Assembly (NCBI GenBank): GCA_965261665.1
Contig: OZ253467.1
Location: 1,217,926-1,281,925 of the forward strand
Length of the DNA: 64,000 nucleotides
Origin: Dehalococcoidia bacterium
GTDB taxonomy: Bacteria > Chloroflexota > Dehalococcoidia > Lucifugimonadales > GCA-2712585
Direction of reading: 5' to 3'
The notes beneath the pieces are model-generated. The model saw nothing but the letters and a program-made list of their open reading frames with translations. It had not been told where the DNA came from and did not search any database. Made by a program: the position numbers and the translations under genes. The first letter of the stretch is position 1. Every line of letters starts with the position of its first letter. Shown here one piece after another: positions 47,329-57,054 of the stretch.

Positions 47329-48747
47329 ATGAATAGCGGTGAATTGGCGTTTGCGCCGGCGTATGAGTTGAGGGGGCTTTTGGACTCGCGAGAGGTCTCG
47401 TCGGTGGAGCTTACGGAGATGTTTCTGGGGCGGATTGAGGAATTGAATCCTATTCTCAACGCTTTTCTGACGGTTTGCGGCGAGGAAGCGGTGGCGTCTG
47501 CTCGGCAGGCGGACGAGCGGATAGGTCGAGGAGACGGAGGCGAGCCGCTGTTGGGGATTCCGGTGTCCATCAAGGACCTGGAGGTTACGAAGGGGATACG
47601 GAGCACTATGGGGTCTCTGGCCTATAGAGATTATGTGCCGGAGATAGACTCGATAACATCGGAGAGGGTGCGCAGTTCCGGGGCGGTGATTCTTGGGAAG
47701 ACGAATACGCCGGAGTTTGGACTTCTGGGCACGACGGAGAACCGGTTGGGAGACGCGTGCCGGAACCCGTGGAACACGAATCGAACCAGCGGGGGTTCGA
47801 GCGGCGGCGCGGCGGCGGCACTGGTAGCGGGTCTGTGTACGCTGGCAACGGGCAGCGACGGGGGAGGGTCTATCCGCATACCGGCCAGCTTCTGCGGCGT
47901 ATATGGCATCAAGCCCACGCTGGGACGGGTGGCGAAATATGGCGGTGTGGGAAATGCTTCGCCCAACTTCACGTCGCAGTCGGGACCATTGGCGCGGAAC
48001 GTCCGCGATGCCGCCACGCTGCTTCAGGCCCTAGCGGGCTACGATTCGAGGGACATGACAGCCATGCGGGAGGAGCCACCGGACTTCGTAGCGGCGGTTG
48101 CGCAGAGCCTGGAGGGGCTACGGGTGGCTTGGAGCGTTGACCTGGGATATGTTGCAGTGGATGCGGAAGTGGCGCGCATCGCTGCTGAAGTGGCGCGGGT
48201 ATTCGAGGATTTGGGTTGCGTTGTTGAGGAGCCGCAGATTTCTCTCCAGCATCCCATCGAATACTTTATGACTATTTTTTCCACGGGCGCATACGTTTCC
48301 TACAAGGAGTTGTACGAGCAGAAGAGGGGATTGCTTACTAACTACGTGCGCGGCAACCTGTCTTTGGGCGAATCCACTACTGGTGAGGAGTTCGTCAAGG
48401 CAATGCTGGCGTACCAGAGGGTTCGGAGCCAGGCGGACGACATTATGGAGGAGTACGACCTGCTGCTGACGCCGACTATGTCGGTGCCTGCCTTCCAGGT
48501 AGGGCAATTTCCTCGGGTGATAGACGGGCAGGAGGTGGACCCACGGCTGGGCTACATGCCCTACACGCCGGTGTTCAATCTGACGGGACAGCCGGCGGCG
48601 TCAGTACCCTGCGGGTTCACAGAGGACGGCATGCCAATTGGACTGCATATCGTTGGGCGCAGAGGGGAAGAGGAGACGGTACTGACAGCGTCGGCGGCTT
48701 TCGAGGAGGCGCGGCCCTGGGCGCATCTGCGACCGCCGGTGTGCTGA
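47329..48747 (+). CDS. amidase (amidase-signature family), paralogue of 44045..45448
   Basis: LLGIPVSIKDL and NRTSGGSSGGAAAALVAGLCTLATGSDGGGSIRIPAS. Confidence 0.9.
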   Translation: MNSGELAFAPAYELRGLLDSREVSSVELTEMFLGRIEELNPILNAFLTVCGEEAVASARQADERIGRGDGGEPLLGIPVSIKDLEVTKGIRSTMGSLAYRDYVPEIDSITSERVRSSGAVILGKTNTPEFGLLGTTENRLGDACRNPWNTNRTSGGSSGGAAAALVAGLCTLATGSDGGGSIRIPASFCGVYGIKPTLGRVAKYGGVGNASPNFTSQSGPLARNVRDAATLLQALAGYDSRDMTAMREEPPDFVAAVAQSLEGLRVAWSVDLGYVAVDAEVARIAAEVARVFEDLGCVVEEPQISLQHPIEYFMTIFSTGAYVSYKELYEQKRGLLTNYVRGNLSLGESTTGEEFVKAMLAYQRVRSQADDIMEEYDLLLTPTMSVPAFQVGQFPRVIDGQEVDPRLGYMPYTPVFNLTGQPAASVPCGFTEDGMPIGLHIVGRRGEEETVLTASAAFEEARPWAHLRPPVC

Positions 48748-48870
48748 CCGGCAAGTAGCGTGGCTGGGCCATCTAGCTGAGGGGTGAACTTCTTCATATT
48801 CCCTTAAAAGTTGACCTTTATTCTCCTCCACGGTAAGGCAACGCCTTAGACAGTGGGAAGGAGGAGTTAG

Positions 48871-49452
48871 ATGGGCAAGAGAGGCTGGATTTTAGCGGTA
48901 ATTCTGGCGGGGCTGATGGTTGTGTGTGTCGGTGGCGGGGTCATCCTGGCCCACGGGGGCGTCAAGGGTATCGGCGGCTTCGGTAAGGGCGCTGTGGAGG
49001 GGATGAGTCTGACGGAGCGGGTGGCGGAGATCTTGGGCTTGGAGGAGAGCGCCGTCAGCGACGCTATTGAGGAGGCCAAGGAGAGTTGGGATGGGGAAGG
49101 GAGCTTCGTTGCCGAGATTGCGGAGATTCTCGGTGTGGAGGAGTCGGCCTTAGAGGATGCTTTGACGCAGGCCAAGCGCGCGATGGCAAACGACGTCGTG
49201 AGAGCCCGGATGGACGCAATGGTTGCGAAGGAGCTAATTGCCCAGGAAGAGGCGGACGAATACGTGGAATGGTTCGAGAGCCGGCCGGAGTTTCTGGATA
49301 GAGGCGGTTGGGTAGAGAGGGCCGGAATGGACAATGGCACATCGAAAAGCGGTCGGCAGGGTGGAGGACATTGGGGCAATCGGGGCGGCAATCGGGGCGG
49401 CAATCGGGGAGCCGGGCATGAGAATTCTTGGAAGGGCTATGCTAGGCCTTAA
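48871..49452 (+). CDS. membrane-anchored protein with internal duplication and a C-terminal GGNRG repeat; unknown function
   Basis: An N-terminal TM segment (WILAVILAGLMVVCVGGGVIL). The duplicated motif is (V/I)AEILG(L/V)EESA(V/L)(S/E)DA(I/L)..AK. The C-terminus reads HWGNRGGNRGGNRGAG, encoded by 3 x 12-bp ggcaatcggggc. It lies directly upstream of the two-component pair. Confidence 0.6.
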   Translation: MGKRGWILAVILAGLMVVCVGGGVILAHGGVKGIGGFGKGAVEGMSLTERVAEILGLEESAVSDAIEEAKESWDGEGSFVAEIAEILGVEESALEDALTQAKRAMANDVVRARMDAMVAKELIAQEEADEYVEWFESRPEFLDRGGWVERAGMDNGTSKSGRQGGGHWGNRGGNRGGNRGAGHENSWKGYARP

Positions 49453-49560
49453 GGCTTGTCGCGCACAGTTCGAAGGCGGGGAGGCCTTTACCCCCTGGTC
49501 TCCCCGCCTTTCGACATTCATCGGGCCGCCAGAGCGACCGACAAGGGCAAAGATTACAAG

Positions 49561-50256
49561 ATGACCAGTACAGTTCTTATAGTAGAGGATGACACGCACG
49601 TAGTTAAGCTGCTGCGGCTGTACCTGGAGCGCGACGGACACGACGTGCTTTCGGCGGGCGACGGGCCCACCGGTCTGCGGTTGGCGCGGGAGAAGCAGCC
49701 GGACCTGGTCGTTCTTGACCTGATGCTGCCGAAGCTGGACGGGATGAGCGTTTGCCGCATCCTTCGCGAAGAGTCGGACGTACCCATTGTTATGCTAACG
49801 GCGCGGGCGGACGAGCCTTACAGGCTGGAAGGTCTGGACATGGGGGCGGACGACTACGTGACGAAGCCCTTCAGTCCGCGGGAGTTGGCGGCCAGGGTGC
49901 GAGCCGTACTGCGCCGCACCGCCAGAGAGAAATCAGAAGAGGGGCCTTCGACGATAACGTGCAACGGGTTGAAGCTAAATCTTCTGAGCCGCAAGGTCTG
50001 GGTTGAAGGCAAAGAAATCTCGCTGACGCCGACGGAGTTCAGGATATTGGCGATGTTAATGAAGGAGCCGGGGAGGACCTTCACGCGGGACCAGATTATC
50101 GACAGAGTGTTTGGGTACGATTTCGACGGATTCGACAGGACTATTGACGTGCACGTTTCGAATCTGAGGAAGCGGATTTCCGATGGCAAGGGTGGAAGGG
50201 GGCAGGGACGCATCCGGACGGTTTACGGAGTGGGATACAGATTCGGAGATGGTTAG
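49561..50256 (+). CDS. OmpR/PhoB-family response regulator
   Basis: VLIVEDD...DLVVLDLMLPKLDG...YVTKPF receiver domain plus a winged-helix C-terminus (LTPTEFRILAML...VYGVGYRF). Confidence 0.9.
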   Translation: MTSTVLIVEDDTHVVKLLRLYLERDGHDVLSAGDGPTGLRLAREKQPDLVVLDLMLPKLDGMSVCRILREESDVPIVMLTARADEPYRLEGLDMGADDYVTKPFSPRELAARVRAVLRRTAREKSEEGPSTITCNGLKLNLLSRKVWVEGKEISLTPTEFRILAMLMKEPGRTFTRDQIIDRVFGYDFDGFDRTIDVHVSNLRKRISDGKGGRGQGRIRTVYGVGYRFGDG

Positions 50257-51619
50257 ATGGTTCCGGGGGCTCCAGTTTCGTCTCATATTGGGGTTCACCC
50301 TGGCGCTGGGGCTGGCTCTGTCTGCGGTGGGCGTATACACGGGGTACGCGGCTAATAGGGAGGTGGAGCAGTTTTCGGAGCGGCTGGAGGAGGCTCGTGC
50401 AGCGCGGGTGGAGGAGATGATTTCCCTGTCCTACTCCCAGAGGAGGGACTGGAGCGGGATTCAGGGCATTGTGGAAAGGGCCGGCTCTCTGTATGGGAAG
50501 CGAATAGTGGTGAGGGACGCGCAGGGGCGTCTGATTGCAGACTCGCAAATGGAATATGGCAGGCTACCTCTTTCGTTGCGGAGCGGTGACAGATACAGAC
50601 CTATTCGCACGGGGAGCGAGGAGATAGGATTTCTCACGCTGGCTCCCGGCCAGTTAGAATCGGAGTTGGCGGAACCGGCGATTTCCAGGGTGGTGTCTGC
50701 GGTTAATTGGTCGCTGGTGTGGGCGGGGCTGGCGGCGTGGATCGGCGGAGTGTTGCTGGTTACGATGCTTTCTCGTCGGATTCTGTCGCCGGTGAGGGCG
50801 TTGACGGGGGCGGCGACAAGGCTGGGGCTGGGGAACCTGGATGAACGGGTGGAGGTCTCGTCTTCGGATGAGATGGGGCAGTTGGGCCGGACTTTCAACA
50901 CAATGGCGGACCGCTTGCAGGGGGCGGAGCGACAGCGGGTGAGGCTAATGTCGGACGTGGCTCACGAATTGCGAACGCCGTTGACGAACGTGCGGGGCTA
51001 TCTTGAGGCGATGCGGGACGGGGTGTTGACGCCCACACCGGCGGCGATAGACGTGGCGCACCAGCAGGCGATGCATCTAGGGCGGTTGGTGGAAGACCTG
51101 GGGTTGATTGCCCAGGCGGACGCGGGGGCATTGACGCTGGACTTTGATGAGTCTTCGCTGTCTGAGTTGGCGACAAGCTCGGTGGAGGCGTTCCGTCCGG
51201 CGGCGGAAGGGAAGGGGATTTCGCTGAGGCTGGAGGCGCCGTCGGAGTTGCCATTGGTGCGGATGGACCGAACGCGGATAGCCCAAGCGCTGGGGAACCT
51301 GTTGGATAACGCAGTGAGGCACACGCCGGAGGGAGGTGAGGTGTTGGTCTCGGTGGAAGTAGTGGGCGAGTCGATGCGGGTGTCGGTGGAAGATACTGGG
51401 GAGGGGGTGCCGGAGGAGGAGTTGGGGCAGATCTTTGATCGGTTCTACCGGGTGGACCCTTCGAGGAGCAGGGCCACGGGCGGAACGGGGTTGGGACTGA
51501 CGATTGCGAGGCAGCTGGTGGAGGCGCACGGGGGGTCTATTTGGGCGGAGGGTAGGCAGGAAGGGGGGAGCAGGTTTGTGTTTGAGCTGCCGGGGCTAAG
51601 AGAGAAGGATGGGAATTAA
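50249..51619 (+). CDS. sensor histidine kinase (2 TM, HAMP, HisKA, HATPase_c)
   Basis: H-box SDVAHELRTPLT, N-box LGNLLDNAVRHT, and G-boxes DTGEGV and GGTGLGLTIA. The start ATG at 50249 overlaps the response regulator stop. Confidence 0.9.
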   Translation: MVRWFRGLQFRLILGFTLALGLALSAVGVYTGYAANREVEQFSERLEEARAARVEEMISLSYSQRRDWSGIQGIVERAGSLYGKRIVVRDAQGRLIADSQMEYGRLPLSLRSGDRYRPIRTGSEEIGFLTLAPGQLESELAEPAISRVVSAVNWSLVWAGLAAWIGGVLLVTMLSRRILSPVRALTGAATRLGLGNLDERVEVSSSDEMGQLGRTFNTMADRLQGAERQRVRLMSDVAHELRTPLTNVRGYLEAMRDGVLTPTPAAIDVAHQQAMHLGRLVEDLGLIAQADAGALTLDFDESSLSELATSSVEAFRPAAEGKGISLRLEAPSELPLVRMDRTRIAQALGNLLDNAVRHTPEGGEVLVSVEVVGESMRVSVEDTGEGVPEEELGQIFDRFYRVDPSRSRATGGTGLGLTIARQLVEAHGGSIWAEGRQEGGSRFVFELPGLREKDGN

Positions 51620-52380
51620 CTCATGAAGCCGCCGCATGGAATCGACTCCACGCCGGAGTTGTTGCGGTTGGCGTCGTAGAAGTTCCGGACTCGTTCGTCC
51701 GTGAGTTCCGAGATCGAGAACTCGTCCTTCCACCCCCATGAGGTGAGGGCAATCCGACCCGTGTCTATCTTGGAGTAGGGGCGCATTATCATCCAACTGC
51801 GATGTCCGAGAAGGGTCCTCGCAATCTCCCTCAACTGCTCAATCTCGTCCTCGTCCGAAAGGTTGTAGCTGATGACCACCTGTCCATGCTCCATGTTGTG
51901 AACCACCTGCTCGTCGGGCATCTCCTCCACGAAGAAGCCGCACCCGGCCCAACCTGAGTCCCAGTGGGGGCCGGAGGTTGGCGGCGTGGAGTTGTACTCC
52001 CCCTCAAAGGTGCTGCCGGGGCGGATGTGGTTGCCGGGTGGGTAGATGAGAGGCATGAGAGGAACGCGCTCTGCCATGAAGCCAAGTTCTACATCTGTGA
52101 CTTCCGTTGATGCCACGAATAGGAAGATCCAGAGAATCACAACGACAATGGCAACGACATTGGTAACGATGCCGGCGATGGCCATGCCGTATCCCCTGCC
52201 GCGCTTTCGGTTTTGATGGAGGCCAATTATGGATAAGGGCAGTCCTATCAGCAGGCAGGGAATGGAAATGATCCAGCCGATGATAGGGATGATGGCGAAC
52301 ACTACGGCAAGGACGCCGAGTATCATTCCCGCAATGCCCATCAGATTCCTCCAGACGCTTTCGGTTTGTTCGGCGGGCAA
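51616..52380 (-). CDS. DUF4190-like membrane N-terminus fused to a DUF3105-like domain
   Basis: 254 aa. The N-terminus MGIAGMILGVLAVVFAIIPIIGW...GMAIAGIVTN has 2-3 TM segments. The C-terminus reads PPTSGPHW...HNMEHGQVVISY...ALTSWG. Confidence 0.7.
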   Translation of the reverse strand: MPAEQTESVWRNLMGIAGMILGVLAVVFAIIPIIGWIISIPCLLIGLPLSIIGLHQNRKRGRGYGMAIAGIVTNVVAIVVVILWIFLFVASTEVTDVELGFMAERVPLMPLIYPPGNHIRPGSTFEGEYNSTPPTSGPHWDSGWAGCGFFVEEMPDEQVVHNMEHGQVVISYNLSDEDEIEQLREIARTLLGHRSWMIMRPYSKIDTGRIALTSWGWKDEFSISELTDERVRNFYDANRNNSGVESIPCGGFMS

Positions 52381-52519
52381 TTATAGAGGAATGTCTGGGC
52401 GTGACGCATAGGAGTAAACGGCGGGATTGTGGGAGCAACGGGAAGCTGAGACGGTGAATCTAGTGTTCAACCGGATTAGAATTCAGAAATACGTAACCAG
52501 AGGTTTACCCCGGATCGTA

Positions 52520-52843
52520 TCAGCCATTGTAATCCCCGAGGAAATAGGCCCAGAGAGCTATGACAACTATGACAGCGATGTTGGCGGCGATGCCCAGGAT
52601 GGCGGTTCTGTGATCTTGGGTTCCCTGGCGATAGCGCATGAGGCCGAAGGCTGAAAGGGACGTTCCGGTGACGAGGCTGATGATGGTAAGTGGCCATCCG
52701 ATGGTGGGGATTATGGGGAAAGCCAAGGCTAAAACGGCGAAGATTATTCCTGCGATGCCCATCTGCTTCCTCCAGATGCGGGAAGTTTGTTCTTTGGGCA
52801 AGTATAGCGGAATTGCGTATCTGACGGGGAGGGCCCAGGGCAT
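52520..52843 (-). CDS. DUF4190-like small membrane protein (paralogue of the N-terminus of 51616..52380)
   Basis: KEQTSRIWRKQMGIAGIIFAVLALAFPIIPTIGW... parallels AEQTESVWRNLMGIAGMILGVLAVVFAIIPIIGW. The start is uncertain. Confidence 0.65.
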   Translation of the reverse strand: MPWALPVRYAIPLYLPKEQTSRIWRKQMGIAGIIFAVLALAFPIIPTIGWPLTIISLVTGTSLSAFGLMRYRQGTQDHRTAILGIAANIAVIVVIALWAYFLGDYNG

Positions 52844-52861
52844 CTTGGGAGGCGATGCCTT

Positions 52862-53443
52862 TTGGGGCGTTGGACAGTTATAATGGGGGCGATGACGCCC
52901 TTAAATAGACGCAGAGATGTACTGGGCGATGAACCGGGGACAGCAGCGGCGGGACTGCTCGCCGGTTCCGTTGCGGCCATTGCCGCCGTTGCGTTGAGCA
53001 TCCCGCTTGAATCGCCAAGCGACGCATATTTCAACAGCGTTTCGGTTGCGGTGGCATCGCTGGGGCTGGGTTTGGGTGCGGGGGTGTTGTGGCGTCTTCT
53101 GGTGGTGGTTGGGGAAAATCGGATGCTTTTCTTCAACGTGGTTATGGCAGCCCTCTCCGTGGTTGTGTGTGCGGGAGCGCTGGCGATGGATACCTACCTG
53201 GACAGGTCCGTATCATTCATCGTCCCCGTGGCGTCATTGTCGCTGGCGGTGACTTGGTCGTTGACGGTGGTGCTTGTGCGGATGGGGCGGGCGCTACCCT
53301 GGCGGCTGGCCTTCGCGACGGCGGCAATCGCCCTGGCGCTGGGGTTTGCATTAGCGGGTCAGGGCGACCAGAGGGACGGGCGGTTGGAGCTTCCGCCCCG
53401 GAATTCGATGATAGTTCAGGGAATGGGAGCTGGCGTGTTATGA
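52862..53443 (+). CDS. hypothetical integral membrane protein
   Basis: 193 aa with 4-5 hydrophobic helices. The stop overlaps the next start (ATGA). Confidence 0.55.
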   Translation: MGRWTVIMGAMTPLNRRRDVLGDEPGTAAAGLLAGSVAAIAAVALSIPLESPSDAYFNSVSVAVASLGLGLGAGVLWRLLVVVGENRMLFFNVVMAALSVVVCAGALAMDTYLDRSVSFIVPVASLSLAVTWSLTVVLVRMGRALPWRLAFATAAIALALGFALAGQGDQRDGRLELPPRNSMIVQGMGAGVL

Positions 53444-54357
53444 AGAAACTCAGGGGCTTGGCTTTGAATGGTAGGATGCCGGCGATTGTGGTGTCGCTTA
53501 TTTTGTGTCTGGCGATTGCGGGTTGCGCGGGAGCGACACAGGAGGGATGGGACGGGCCTGGCACCGAAGGATGGTCTACGCCAGCAACGGAAGGGTGGGA
53601 AACGCCGCCTACGTCGGCACCGCAGACGGTTGTGCCGGTGGAGACGGCAACGCCCCTCGTCACAGCCACTCCTCTGGCTACGGCGACGCCACCTAGAGTG
53701 ACGCCTTTGGCTACGGCGACTCCATTGCCCACGGCAACGCGAATGGCGGCGACTACCCTGGCCACAGCTACACCACTGGCCACGGCTACGCCGTTGGCTG
53801 CTGATACGTCGGAGGGGAAATCTCGCGAAATGGGCGAATACGAGGGGGTGACGTTCGTGGTGTCAGAGGGGTCGGAGGCGACGTTTACGGTTACGGAAAA
53901 GCTGGCGAGCTTGTCGCTTCCCAACGACGCGGTGTTGGGAACGGAGTCGATTACAGGCGTGGTGCGGTTGGACGGAGGGGCTTCGGTGTTTGAGATAGAC
54001 TTGCATTCGCTGTCGAGCGACCAGGCGAACCGGGACAGGTACGTGCAGACGCGAATGTTTGGAGACCATCCCACGGCGACGTTTACGGTGCCCTCGGTGT
54101 TGGATATTCCTGATGGTTTTGCCGAAGGCTCAGAAGTGGAGACGCAGGTGTCGGGGAGTTTGGAGATTCGAGGAATCACGGTGCCGTTGGTGTTTGACAT
54201 CGAAGTGCGGGACGACGGGGACCGGGTGGTGATATTGGGCAGGACGACGTTTACGTGGCAGCAGCTGGACATTACGCCACCGAAGGCCGGGCCGGTTTCA
54301 AGCATAGAGGACGAGGTGCGGGTGGAGGTTCTGCTTTCGGTGGAGCCGGGAGGTTAG
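53440..54357 (+). CDS. YceI-like domain lipoprotein with a Thr/Ala/Pro repeat linker
   Basis: The start at the ATG at 53440 gives MKKLRG...LCLAIAGCAG (lipobox). A TATPL(A/V)TATPL repeat linker follows. The C-terminus has a YceI-like pattern (EATFTVTEKL...VTGVVRLDG...SDQANRD...TFTV...GSLEIRGITVP). The ORF extends to 53089. Confidence 0.75.
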   Translation: MKKLRGLALNGRMPAIVVSLILCLAIAGCAGATQEGWDGPGTEGWSTPATEGWETPPTSAPQTVVPVETATPLVTATPLATATPPRVTPLATATPLPTATRMAATTLATATPLATATPLAADTSEGKSREMGEYEGVTFVVSEGSEATFTVTEKLASLSLPNDAVLGTESITGVVRLDGGASVFEIDLHSLSSDQANRDRYVQTRMFGDHPTATFTVPSVLDIPDGFAEGSEVETQVSGSLEIRGITVPLVFDIEVRDDGDRVVILGRTTFTWQQLDITPPKAGPVSSIEDEVRVEVLLSVEPGG

Positions 54358-54483
54358 GGGTCTGCGGTGGGAGTGTGGGGGAGGTCCGTATCGTTGGTCT
54401 GAACGGAGTGAGGCGGAATGAGGGCGACGATATTCCTTGCGGAGCCTCGGAATGACATGTGGGAGTGTATGGGTGTGAAGGGG

Positions 54484-54550
54484 AGGGGATGGGTCCCCGC
54501 ATGCGCGAGGACACGGGGAGGGGGACGGGCGGTTCGCGAACCGCCCGTAC
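54484..54550 (+). repeat. gggtccccgcatgcgcgaggac element plus REP-like hairpin
   Basis: ggggatgggtccccgcatgcgcgaggacac, then GGGCGGTTCGCGAACCGCCCGTAC (54527-54550). Confidence 0.9.
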
Positions 54551-54613
54551 GAGGAACGGCGGGACAATGAGCACGGACGGTGGGTTGTGGAAGAAAGTTG
54601 GAGGATTAGGATT

Positions 54614-55564
54614 ATGAAGTTTGGGATTAGCTTGCAGAATCGGGGGGCGGGGGCTTCGCCGGAGAATTTGGCGTTGGTGGCGCGGCGGGCGGAGGAGTTG
54701 GGCTTCGACTCGGCCTTTGTGGGGGATCACGTGGTGATTCCGGATTCCTCTGTTTCGGAGTACCCGTACAGCGCCACGGGCGAATTCACGGGGATGGCCT
54801 CGGGGGAATGGCTGGACCAGCTGACGACGCTGACCTTCGTGGCTGCGGTGACGGAGCGTATCCGTGTTGGTTCCGGGGTGCTGATTCTGCCCCATCGGAA
54901 TCCGGTGGTTACGGCGAAGATTCTGTCCAGCATGGACGTATTATCGAAGGGGCGGTTGATTGTCGGTGTGGGGGTGGGCTGGCTGCGAGAGGAGTTCGAT
55001 GCGCTGGGGCTTCCGCCATTCGAGGAGCGGGGCGCTGTGGGGAATGAGTATTTGCGGGCGTTCAAGGAGTTGTGGACGCAGGAGAATCCGAGCTTTCAGG
55101 GGAAGTATTGCAACTTCTCTAACATCCGGTTTGAGCCGAAGCCGGTGCAGAAGCCGCATCCGCCCATCTGGGTAGGTGGAGAAAGCGGCCCGGCGCTGCG
55201 TCGGGCGGCAGCCTTGGGGGACGCGTGGCACCCCATCGGGTCGAACCCACGGTTTCCGCTGGTTACGGTGGAGCAGATGCGGCGGGCGGTGGAGCGGTTG
55301 GGGGGTTATGCCGAGAAGGCTGGGCGGGACCCCTCGGCGATTGAGGTGGCGTACCGGGCGCCGCGCTACCTATTGGGGGCCGCTGAGGATCGGACGCAGC
55401 CCTTTATGGGGACGGCGGAGCAGGTAGCGGAGGACGTGGCGGAATTTGCGGAGGTGGGAGTGAGTCACGTGGTGTTCGACTTTCGGAGTGAGGACGTAGG
55501 GGGCACGGTGGCGACGATGGAGGAGTTTGCCCAGAGGGTGATGCCGTTGGCGGCGGGGAGTTAG
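54614..55564 (+). CDS. luciferase-like monooxygenase (LLM) family, F420-dependent-type oxidoreductase
   Basis: MKFGISLQNRG...LGFDSAFVGDHV...RIRVGSGVLILPHRNPV...GRLIVGVGVGW. The ATG at 54614 follows a GGAGGA RBS. Confidence 0.85.
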   Translation: MKFGISLQNRGAGASPENLALVARRAEELGFDSAFVGDHVVIPDSSVSEYPYSATGEFTGMASGEWLDQLTTLTFVAAVTERIRVGSGVLILPHRNPVVTAKILSSMDVLSKGRLIVGVGVGWLREEFDALGLPPFEERGAVGNEYLRAFKELWTQENPSFQGKYCNFSNIRFEPKPVQKPHPPIWVGGESGPALRRAAALGDAWHPIGSNPRFPLVTVEQMRRAVERLGGYAEKAGRDPSAIEVAYRAPRYLLGAAEDRTQPFMGTAEQVAEDVAEFAEVGVSHVVFDFRSEDVGGTVATMEEFAQRVMPLAAGS

Positions 55565-55977
55565 GAGACACGGATGGGGGAGGTTGTGCGCGGGGGGCAC
55601 TAGGGGAAGGGAGTATGGGGTGGGAGACGAGATGAACTTGGGGAGCCTAGTCTGGTCCCGCTGAACTTGGCGTAATTTCTTCGTGTTCCCTTACAGGTTT
55701 GGGAGTTATAGCTTTAACTTCGCATTGACACAACTCAAACTCCCTGGACATTATGCATTTGCAATGGTTTCCGTATGTAAGGGTCCAACACTGTCATGGG
55801 TGAAAGTAGGCTCCTATGTTCCTTAACGGCTCATAGTGGACAAAATTAACGGTCGCGAGCACATAATTCTATCTTTAGGGTCTTCGCAAGTGAAATCTTA
55901 GTGGGACAAGGAAGTAATTTACAAGAGCATTTCTAGCGGTAAAGAAAAGGGCCGCAATCTGGGACTACCAATGAGCG

Positions 55978-56411
55978 ATGAGATCTAGACGCAACGGCTC
56001 AGAGGAGCGACGAAGGAGTCTGCTGTACGTCTTATTCAGCTATGACGGAAGAATTAATCGCTCAACTTTCTGGCTCAAGGATATCCTGCCGTTAGTGGGC
56101 CTATCGTTGTTGAGTTATGGGATGCTTTCCTAGTTTCATTTGTCTATGGCTATAGTAACCCCGATATATCGGACGCAGAGTGGGAGAGTTTCGTTGATGT
56201 GATGTCTGCCGTTGGGCTTTTGGTATTCATGCCTTTGTTCGCCTGGATGTCCTTCGCAATTTACGCTAAGCGCTGGCATGACCTGGGCAAATCGGGCTGG
56301 TACTCGCTCGCACTGCTCATTCCTCTCGTTGGGCTTTTGGTATTCATAGGCTGGCTTGCTCTTGACGCTGGAAGTGGCGAACCCAATCAATACGGACTGC
56401 CGGTTGATTAG
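55978..56411 (+). pseudogene. DUF805 (YhaH-like) membrane protein gene interrupted by a frameshift
   Basis: The 55978-56133 frame gives ...FSYDGRINRSTFWLKDILPLVGLSLL then TAG. The rest of the domain (...AKRWHDLGKSGWYSLALLIPLVGLLVF...GEPNQYG) continues in the +1 frame (ORF 56199..56411). The region is AT-rich. Confidence 0.5.
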
Positions 56412-56440
56412 CTTGTATTTAAGCTTACCATTAGGACTTC

Positions 56441-56522
56441 GGGCGGTTCCTGAACCGCCCCTACACGTTGCCTAGGGGTGGCGTGGCTGATGGGAGAGGG
56501 CAGGTTTGAAACCTGTCCCTAC
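56441..56522 (+). repeat. two REP-like hairpins
   Basis: GGGCGGTTCCTGAACCGCCCCTAC (56441-56464) and GGGCAGGTTTGAAACCTGTCCCTAC (56498-56522). Confidence 0.9.
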
Positions 56523-56696
56523 GCTTGAAAGGGCAACGGGAAAGGGTGTTGGAAGGATAGGGGTGATCTGGGGAGGGCAGTGTGGCACGTCCGGCGTTGT
56601 CTGGATGCAGGCCTGATTTGGTTCCGGGTGGAAATTGACTTGTGGGTTTTGGTGAACTATGTTGCTGGGAGACTATCTAGCGGATAGAGGGAGTTT

Positions 56697-56915
56697 ATGA
56701 ACGAGAAGCCCAGTGTTCCACTAATAAGAGATATTCTCATACACCTCCCTGTTGGATTCGCCGCCGGAGTCATCAGTGGTGTGATCAACGGCATGCTGAA
56801 CGACGACCTGACTTTCGGCGGTTTGCTTGTTCACACCGTTATCTTCGGGGCGATTTTTGGCGCAGCTTATGGTTATGCGAATAACCGGTGGTTTCGGAAG
56901 AGAAGAAGTAAGTAG
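56697..56915 (+). CDS. small 2-TM hypothetical protein
   Basis: 72 aa with two Gly-rich hydrophobic segments, a basic C-terminus and a GGAG-type RBS upstream. Confidence 0.4.
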   Translation: MNEKPSVPLIRDILIHLPVGFAAGVISGVINGMLNDDLTFGGLLVHTVIFGAIFGAAYGYANNRWFRKRRSK

Positions 56916-57054
56916 GCAGGATGGTGGGTGCTTTATGGTCACTCACCAGATGACTAGCTAGCAGCCCCATTTCACCCTCCTTCCTAATGTGCGTGGGTGG
57001 TCCTATTTTTTGCGGCTCAGAACCCGGGTGAGAAGTTGGGGTAAGGATAATGAG

